From: Deltaproteobacteria bacterium
GTDB taxonomy: Bacteria > Desulfobacterota > DSM-4660 > Desulfatiglandales > HGW-15
Assembly: GCA_020060805.1 (NCBI GenBank)
Contig: JAGUZM010000005.1
Span: 1 to 24,452 of the forward strand
Direction: 5' to 3'
Length of the DNA stretch: 24,452 bases
Part shown: positions 16,360 to 23,027 of the stretch, piece after piece
Position numbering within the stretch: position 1 is the first letter of the stretch
Layout of the letters: the number at the start of each line of letters is the position of its first letter
Program-made: the position numbers and the translations under genes
The notes under the pieces: model-generated
The model's input: the letters and a program-made list of their open reading frames with translations, nothing else
Told to the model about the DNA's origin: nothing
Databases searched by the model: none

Positions 16360-18249
16360 CTAGCTCTTGCTTTCTACCGGATACGAGCTGCCCCTAGACA
16401 TCCGTGAACGGATATTCCGCCATAACAGAATGGCTGCTATGGTCAACAGCCCGAGCATGTTCAATACTATGTTATGAGGGATAAGGCAAATGCTTGCGCA
16501 TAGGACGAGAAGCCTTTCAGGCAGCGTCAGCTTGGAAGTGGCGAAACCCAGGAACGACATGGATATTCCACCGATGGCGACGAACGCAGTGAAAATGCGG
16601 TAAATTACATAAACGACAGATCCCTTCAGCATGATCTCCGGCGAATAGACGAAGAGAAAGGGCACGATGAAAGTCGGCGCAGAAATCAGGAATGCCAGAT
16701 TGGTAGTTTTCAGAGGATCTGTCCTGGCAATACCCGCTGCCGCAAAGGAGCACGGTGCTGAAGGGGGGGTGATGTTGCCGAGAACCCCGAAGTGGAAAAT
16801 GAACAAGTGCGCTGCCATGGGATGTATCCCACTCTGAACGAGTGCAGGCGCGGCAAGGATTGCCAGGATGAGATAAGCCGTCACGGGGGGCAGAGGCAGC
16901 CCGATAATTACCGAGGCGACCATGGTCAGGAGGAGCAGGACGATTTTGTTCCCTCCTGCTACATAAAGCAGTATCTCTGTAAAGCGGAGTCCCAGCCCTG
17001 TGAGATTGATCACTCCCTCGATGATTCCGGCCGCTGCGCACGACATAATCACGATCAATGCCGTTTTCGGGCCGTTTTCAAGGGCCAGGATCAACTTTGA
17101 GAAGGACATCCTTGTCGCCTTTCGGAGTAGGCTGATGGCGAGCAGTGCAATGATTGCCCAAAACCCGGCCTTCTTGGTGCTCACATTCTCGACAATCAGC
17201 AGGTAGAAGATGACCAGGAGCGGAAAAAAGAGATGACCATACTGGCTCAGCAGTGAACGGATCTTCGGCAGTTCAGATTTGGGCGCCTTTACGAGCCCGA
17301 GTTTCTTGCCCTGGATCTGTATGAACGTGAATACGGTCATGTAGAAAAGGAGGCCGGGTACCAGTGCGGCGCGCATGACGTCCAGGTAGCTTCCGCCGAT
17401 GATCTCAGGGATGATGAAGGCCGCTGCCCCCATCACAGGGGGAACCAACATTCCCCCTGTTGAAGAAAGCGCCTCAATGGCTGCGGCCATTATGGGCTTG
17501 TATCCTGAGCGGATCATAAGGGGAATGGTCAAGGTGCCTACAGCCGCAACGTTTGCCGTCTGGCTTCCAGTCATCATGCCGAAAAGGCAGCTCCCCAGGA
17601 CGGCTGCTTTAGCGGCCCCGCCCCTGAACCTCCCAAAAATGCCGTAGCCAATGTTCGTAAAGGCGTGAGTACCACCCGTCTGTTCGAGGAAGGCACCAAA
17701 AATGAGGAAAATGATGATCACGGTCGCGGACACGCTCAAAGCAACCCCCAATATTCCCTCGGTGCTGAGGAACATGTGCGAAACCACCCTCTCGAACGAA
17801 TACCCGCTGTGAGCGAACATGGAAGGCAAGTACTTTCCGAACGCTACATAGGCAAGGCTCAACAAAACCAAAACGCACATGGTGAGCCCCATGATGCGAC
17901 GCGTCGCCTCTGTGACGAGCACGATCGCCGTTGTTCCCACAATGCAATCCAAAATGTTCGGCGAGCCCTCCCTTGATGCGATGTTCTCATACTCCAGCAG
18001 AACATAAAGGGAGATGAATGCACTCAAAAAAACCAGAACGTAGTCTATCGCCAAGGCGGTACCAGTGTGTCTGCTACGGAATGTTTTCTGCAGGGGCAAG
18101 AGAAGGAATACCAGGATGAGCCCGAACCCGAGATGGATAGATCTCTGCTGCATTGCAGGAAGCTGCTGTATCCCAGCAGTGTAGATCTGGAATAAAGACA
18201 TCGCGATTGCAATGATCCCTATGACCCTTTTTGAAGTAATCCATCTCAT
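16360..18249 (-). CDS. TAXI-type TRAP transporter fused permease, copy 2
   Basis: 629-aa polytopic membrane protein paralogous to 8925-10841. GGAG RBS at 6 nt. Confidence 0.9.
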   Translation of the reverse strand: MRWITSKRVIGIIAIAMSLFQIYTAGIQQLPAMQQRSIHLGFGLILVFLLLPLQKTFRSRHTGTALAIDYVLVFLSAFISLYVLLEYENIASREGSPNILDCIVGTTAIVLVTEATRRIMGLTMCVLVLLSLAYVAFGKYLPSMFAHSGYSFERVVSHMFLSTEGILGVALSVSATVIIIFLIFGAFLEQTGGTHAFTNIGYGIFGRFRGGAAKAAVLGSCLFGMMTGSQTANVAAVGTLTIPLMIRSGYKPIMAAAIEALSSTGGMLVPPVMGAAAFIIPEIIGGSYLDVMRAALVPGLLFYMTVFTFIQIQGKKLGLVKAPKSELPKIRSLLSQYGHLFFPLLVIFYLLIVENVSTKKAGFWAIIALLAISLLRKATRMSFSKLILALENGPKTALIVIMSCAAAGIIEGVINLTGLGLRFTEILLYVAGGNKIVLLLLTMVASVIIGLPLPPVTAYLILAILAAPALVQSGIHPMAAHLFIFHFGVLGNITPPSAPCSFAAAGIARTDPLKTTNLAFLISAPTFIVPFLFVYSPEIMLKGSVVYVIYRIFTAFVAIGGISMSFLGFATSKLTLPERLLVLCASICLIPHNIVLNMLGLLTIAAILLWRNIRSRMSRGSSYPVESKS

Positions 18250-18485
18250 GCTTTACTCCAATTCCGGCAGGATTTTGTCATTACTGCGGCAACTGAGCGT
18301 CATGGTTGTCGTTTTGCTGACCGGAGCCTGTCTCATCAAGACCGGCAAATGGAACTGCATGCCTCCACATTTTCAGCGGGACAGTTAGTCCAAGCCGGGT
18401 TGGCCGACAGTCCTATTCGGTCGCCTCTTGAGAAGGGCATTCGATAATGTGCATCAGGCGACTCTCTGCAAAAAGGTCATGGAGG

Positions 18486-19451
18486 CTACTTGAAAATACC
18501 GGCTTCTTTGAAGTACTTTTCAGCCCCTTTGTGAAATGGGAAGGCGATGGTGCGTTTTACGCTTTGAGGGTTCATCTCGTTCGCAACCGGGTGGATCTCA
18601 ATCAGCTCTTTTCTGTTTTCAAAAAGCGCTTTGGTCATTTTGTAAACGAGATCCTCCTTCACCCCTTCGTGGGTTTCGAGCGGCACGCCGAATACGAGAA
18701 TTGGCGTAGGCTGATCGACGCCGCTGTAAGATCCCGGTTTCAGAGTGTCATGATAGAGATATGGGTTTTCCGGCAGGATCTTCTTCAGCACTTCCTCGTT
18801 GGCTGGGATCACACGGATTTCCTTTCGAATGCTGAGTTCCTTCATGGCCGGAATCGGGTATGCGCCGGAGATAAACCCAGCATCGATGCTCTCGTCCTGC
18901 AAGCCCTCGACCACCTCCTTGTAGCCTAGCCACAGTTGCTTGTACATGTCTTTGGTGACTCCGTGGGCCGTGATCAAATCCAGAGCTAACTGTGATGTTC
19001 CGCTACCGGCCGCACCAAGGGCCACCCTCTTGCCCTTCAGATCGGCAATGGTCTTTATGGAGGAATTCTTGAGCACTACCAGGTTCATCCCCGCGCCGTA
19101 TAGAAAGGTGATGGCCCGGAGTCCATCGTAAGCCTTTTCAAATGGCGGCTTTCCTGCATAAGCCAAATAGAGAAGCTTCGAGTCACTTATCCCAAAGGCG
19201 GCCTGCCCCTTTGATTGTTTCTCGTCGAGATACTTGATCGTGGCGGAAGACCCGCCTGTCCCTTCCACCATCATCTGCACTTCGGGTACGTGTTTGTTCA
19301 GGACCTTGGCAATCGCTCCTCCAAGAAAGTAGGCTGTTCCTCCAGAGCCCGGCGTGTAAATGGGAATGACCTCTTTTGCAATGGAAACTGGAGTTTGACA
19401 AAGAACCGCCATCCCAAAAACTGCCATAAGGACCATTTCAAACTTTTTCAT
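18486..19451 (-). CDS. TAXI-family TRAP solute-binding protein, copy 2
   Basis: Canonical TAXI N-terminal region IYTPGSGGTAYFLGGAIAKVLNKHVPEVQMMVEGTGGSSATIKYL. Signal peptide MKKFEMVLMAVFGMAVLCQTPVSIA. The ATG at 19451 follows AGGGGGG; the track ORF (to 19493) would overlap the ligase gene. Confidence 0.85.
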   Translation of the reverse strand: MKKFEMVLMAVFGMAVLCQTPVSIAKEVIPIYTPGSGGTAYFLGGAIAKVLNKHVPEVQMMVEGTGGSSATIKYLDEKQSKGQAAFGISDSKLLYLAYAGKPPFEKAYDGLRAITFLYGAGMNLVVLKNSSIKTIADLKGKRVALGAAGSGTSQLALDLITAHGVTKDMYKQLWLGYKEVVEGLQDESIDAGFISGAYPIPAMKELSIRKEIRVIPANEEVLKKILPENPYLYHDTLKPGSYSGVDQPTPILVFGVPLETHEGVKEDLVYKMTKALFENRKELIEIHPVANEMNPQSVKRTIAFPFHKGAEKYFKEAGIFK

Positions 19452-19485
19452 AAAGCCCCCCTTTCTCTTAACGGGTTCGTTGCAA

Positions 19486-21057
19486 TCAAACATACTTGCG
19501 CCTCATCTCCTTCTTCTCCAGTTTGCCGGTCGGATTCCTCAGTACTTCATCGAAGATGATGCGCCTCGGTCTCTTGTATCTCGCAATTTTTCTTTCAAAA
19601 AAGGCGGTCAACTCTTTCTTCGTTTCACTTGAATCAGGGATATTCGACTTGAGTTTAATTACCGCCGTGACCATCTCACCTAGCCTGTCATCGGGGAGCC
19701 CTATTACAGCCACATCGTGAACTTTGGGATGAGTTTGTATCAGCTCTTCGACTTCAGTGGGGTACACGTTCTCGCCCCCACAGATAATCACGTCCTTTTT
19801 CCTATCGACGATCCAATAAAACCCCTCCGAATCCCTTCTCGCCAAGTCGCCGGTATATAGCCAGCCGTCCCTTATCGTTCTTGCGGTCAGTTCCGGATTT
19901 TTGTAATACTCTTTCATGACGCCGTTCCCTCGGACAACGATTTCTCCGACATCTCCCCGCCGTGTATCGTTGCCGGAATCATCCACCAGTTTCACCTCCC
20001 AGTTGAATCCCGGCTTGCCGATCGAGCCCACTTTGTGCTCGTTCTCGATCCCGAGGTGAAGACATTGAGGCCCAGTTCCCTCAGTGAGCCCATAGTTCTC
20101 ATCAAAGATCATGTTAGGGAATTCCTTTTTCCACCTCGTGATCAGACTCGGCGGAACCGGTTGCGCGCCGAGCAAAAGGAGTCGCCATTCACTCAAATCG
20201 TAATCTGATTTCTTCAGTGTCCCCGCTTCCAGTTCCCCCAGTATGTCCTGGATCCATGGAACGAGGAGCATGCAAACAGATCCTCGCTCCTCCGATAGAA
20301 CCCGAAAAATCGCTTCCGGAGTAATTTTGTCTCCCTGTATTATGGCCGATTCACCCATGATGAGACTGGAAAGCCAGTGAATAAAATCCCCGGTGTGGTA
20401 GAGAGGCTTCAGAATCACGAATATGTCGCCGCTCCTTCGAAGCTGATGTACCACCTCGATGATCGCAGCGTGCTCCATGTTGTTGTGGCTGAGCAGAATG
20501 GGTTTCGGCTTCCCTGTAGTTCCCGATGTGAAATAGAGACCGCAGGGGTCACTAGGCTCAAGGCGTGTAAAAAATGGTTCCGGGGAGGATCCAGCCATAA
20601 TCGCGGGGAGACATTCCATGCCCCTTGCGGCACTCGGCCCGTTGACGAATATGACGAAATCACGTTTCTTCTCGAGTTCCGCCTCGATTACTCTGGGGGC
20701 GAATTTCTCGTCGAGGATCATTGCCGCCGGTTCGGCTACGTCCATGCAGTGGCGGAAATCATCCGATGTGAACCGAAAGTTGAGAGGAACGACAACTGCG
20801 CCTGTACGAATGATCCCAAAGTACGCCGCCACCCAGGAGATGGAATTCATCATCCAATGAATCACCTTATCTCCCTTCCTTACGCCTCTTCCTGTGAGGG
20901 AGTTGGCGATCCTGTTGACCATCTCATTCAACTCTCTCCAGGTGACCTCAACTCGCAGGTTTTTACTCGGCAGCCGTTCAACGAGGGCGATCTTGTCAGA
21001 ATGCATCCTCGCGTTCCTTGCCAGCATTTCTGAGATATCCATGACGCCTATTACCAT
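19486..21057 (-). CDS. AMP-forming acyl/aryl-CoA ligase (classical ANL adenylate-forming superfamily)
   Basis: AMP-binding signature YFTSGTTGKPKPILLSH, then GYGLTE-like NYGLTEGTG, and WLYTGDLARRDSEGFYWIVDRKKDVIICGGENVYPTEVE. The start could be 21057 or 21042 (MDISEMLARNA); neither has an ideal RBS. Confidence 0.85.
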   Translation of the reverse strand: MVIGVMDISEMLARNARMHSDKIALVERLPSKNLRVEVTWRELNEMVNRIANSLTGRGVRKGDKVIHWMMNSISWVAAYFGIIRTGAVVVPLNFRFTSDDFRHCMDVAEPAAMILDEKFAPRVIEAELEKKRDFVIFVNGPSAARGMECLPAIMAGSSPEPFFTRLEPSDPCGLYFTSGTTGKPKPILLSHNNMEHAAIIEVVHQLRRSGDIFVILKPLYHTGDFIHWLSSLIMGESAIIQGDKITPEAIFRVLSEERGSVCMLLVPWIQDILGELEAGTLKKSDYDLSEWRLLLLGAQPVPPSLITRWKKEFPNMIFDENYGLTEGTGPQCLHLGIENEHKVGSIGKPGFNWEVKLVDDSGNDTRRGDVGEIVVRGNGVMKEYYKNPELTARTIRDGWLYTGDLARRDSEGFYWIVDRKKDVIICGGENVYPTEVEELIQTHPKVHDVAVIGLPDDRLGEMVTAVIKLKSNIPDSSETKKELTAFFERKIARYKRPRRIIFDEVLRNPTGKLEKKEMRRKYV

Positions 21058-21121
21058 CCTTCCGGCACTAAGGGTTGAGGAAGAAGGCCAGAACTATGAC
21101 GTTTTACCGGAACATACTAAA

Positions 21122-21162
21122 GGCCGCCAACCTTAACTAATCACGGCTGAAGGAAGGCGGCC
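21122..21162 (-). other. Intercistronic stem-loop between the UbiD paralog 2 gene and the CoA ligase gene
   Basis: GGCCGCC (21122-21128) and GGCGGCC (21156-21162) form a perfect 7-bp GC-rich stem, with inner CCTT/AAGG pairing. On the transcribed strand only TTT follows, so this is not a canonical terminator. Confidence 0.3.
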
Positions 21163-21173
21163 GGGAGCAAGAA

Positions 21174-22691
21174 CTACCTTCCCGTTTTGGCGAGCGACCG
21201 AGCATATTCGGTCTGCATGCCACGAAAATCGGCAAGCTGCTTCTCGGAGAACCATTTTTTCAGGTCAACTTTGTCCACAGGATAATGGGGTCGAGTGAAG
21301 TAGTGCGCGGTCTTGAAGGGCTTTGTTGCGTCGAATGCCATCCCGCCTTCCCATCCGCCAAGGCCACTCTGCCTGACTTCTTTTGGCTGGGCTGCTATGC
21401 CGCGCCCCCCGCGTGGAAGCTTAATAATATCTTTGTCGGGGTCGACACGGCTCTCCAGAGCCCACATCACGTCGTCGGCATTGTAGATGTCTACATCCTC
21501 GTCAACGGCAATCGCCATCCTGATACCAGGCGCATCCGCAAGCGCCGAAAAGAGAATGTTCCTCTGAAATCCTTCCTCCTGCGATCGCTCCTTGCGCACC
21601 TGGAAAATGACTCCACTCCCCCACTTGAAGTAATCGGGGATGTTGACATCCACACATATGCCCGGGGCAATCCTTTCTGCCATCTCGAAAAACGTTGCCT
21701 CCCTGAGCAGATCGAAACACGCGTATTCCAGCCCTGCCGCAAGGGGGGTGTAGAAGATGGGACGTTCCTTCCTCATGGTGACAGCGGTGACTTGGAGTTT
21801 ACGCACCTTCCATGTGGTGCCCATATATCCTACCCATTCCGGGAAAAAATTAGTCTCCCCCTGGCGCTGCACTCCCAGTTTTTCTGCTTCTTCGCTTTCC
21901 CACACATTCTGGGAGGTCGGCTCTAGATAACCTTCCAGCACTATCTCGGCATCCGCGATGGCATACGCATCAACGGTCCTCGCTTTCACCAGTTTGACCG
22001 GCGCCCCCTGAAATCCACCGGCGATTCCCAGTTCATCGCTTCCGTGAGGCACGATCGTTCTCACGTTCCAGGTGCCCGCCACGATGCCGACTGCAGGGCT
22101 GGGGTTCATATTCACGGTTATTGGAATCCTCTCGTCACGATGGGTCTTGAAGGCCATCATCCCAATGTGAGTGATTTGGGCAGTTGATATCGAAGCCCAG
22201 TCTTTACCCCTGAAATGAATCCGATTGAATGAGATGTTCGTATCGCCTTTTCTGTAGACATCGCACAGGAGCTGATTTCCGCACCCGATGATCCTGCCGG
22301 CATCGAATTCCGTGTGTTTGATGATCGGAAGCATTGTTGGTACATCGATGTCCTTGGTGATTACCACTTCCTGGCAAGGCGCGTCTTTCACTATCTGGGG
22401 AGGTATCGGCTCTCTCAACGCCTCCACAAACTTGAATTTAAGCTTGTTCGGGTCGCTCACTCCGTAGAGGTCGGCAATCGGTTCTCGCCTTCCGAAAATA
22501 TTGCCGAGGTCGCGAAAACCGGGGTATCCCTTTATTTTGTCGAAAAGGAGTATAGGTCCCTTCTCCAACGCCTTTTGAATCCCGGCGATTTCGTAGATCG
22601 GATCTACCTCTTCCTTCACATGGACCACCTGGCCTTTCTTATCCAGGTAAGCCAACGCCCCTCTTATGGACGTCACATCTCTTTTTTCCAT
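21174..22691 (-). CDS. UbiD-family (de)carboxylase, divergent paralog 2
   Basis: UbiD-like N-terminus (IRGALAYLDKKGQVVHVKEEVDPIYEIAGI) and overall length. The canonical GPFGE loop is replaced by ETNFFPEWVGYMG. The start is set at Met17 of the track ORF (ATG 22691), which follows AGGAGG at 5 nt. Confidence 0.85.
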   Translation of the reverse strand: MEKRDVTSIRGALAYLDKKGQVVHVKEEVDPIYEIAGIQKALEKGPILLFDKIKGYPGFRDLGNIFGRREPIADLYGVSDPNKLKFKFVEALREPIPPQIVKDAPCQEVVITKDIDVPTMLPIIKHTEFDAGRIIGCGNQLLCDVYRKGDTNISFNRIHFRGKDWASISTAQITHIGMMAFKTHRDERIPITVNMNPSPAVGIVAGTWNVRTIVPHGSDELGIAGGFQGAPVKLVKARTVDAYAIADAEIVLEGYLEPTSQNVWESEEAEKLGVQRQGETNFFPEWVGYMGTTWKVRKLQVTAVTMRKERPIFYTPLAAGLEYACFDLLREATFFEMAERIAPGICVDVNIPDYFKWGSGVIFQVRKERSQEEGFQRNILFSALADAPGIRMAIAVDEDVDIYNADDVMWALESRVDPDKDIIKLPRGGRGIAAQPKEVRQSGLGGWEGGMAFDATKPFKTAHYFTRPHYPVDKVDLKKWFSEKQLADFRGMQTEYARSLAKTGR

Positions 22692-22775
22692 TCTTCCCTC
22701 CTGATGATCGCAATTTCTTTGTTGGCTCAGTTCACTCAAAGTTGTCTACGCTCGATTTCTTATAACTGCCTATTA

Positions 22776-22790
22776 GCAAAGAACGTGCCT
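22776..22790 (-). promoter_or_regulatory. Sigma-54 (-24/-12) promoter of the module B operon
   Basis: The minus strand reads AGGCAC-GTTCT-TTGC with correct GG/GC spacing, about 85 nt upstream of the ATG at 22691. A sigma-54 activator gene is divergent from it. Confidence 0.65.
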
Positions 22791-22943
22791 CAATCTACTT
22801 GCCTGATTTTACACTATAAAATAAATGTACAACCAAAAAAAGTCTGCATATCCTCTCAAAGATGTCCATTTTGCAGACATCGTTCTAGATAATATCTTCT
22901 GATTCTATGAACTTACTCAAATATTGAGATCATGACCTAAAAA

Positions 22944-22966
22944 GAGACATGTCTTTTTGCTGGACA
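22944..22966. promoter_or_regulatory. Composite operator / putative activator-binding site (site C)
   Basis: GAGACATGTCTT-TTTGC-TGGACA matches the reverse complement of site A at 18 of 23 positions. Shared parts are the GACATGTC core, the TTGC spacer end and the TGGACA half-site. A partial inverted copy, TGTCCA-TTTTGCA-GACAT, lies at 22863-22880. Confidence 0.45.
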
Positions 22967-23027
22967 ACCTCATTCATCTGAACCATATTGGGGCAAGAAG
23001 ATTAGATTTTTGCTTTTGGAGCCGCGC

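Noticed and set aside
18310-18350. A hammerhead-ribozyme-like UGAUGAG string on the minus-strand transcript (reverse complement of 18332-18339), followed by CAAAAC.
   Set aside because: The core is UUGAUGAG rather than CUGAUGA. The expected CGAAAC is CAAAAC. I could not draw flanking helices I-III. This is most likely a chance match.
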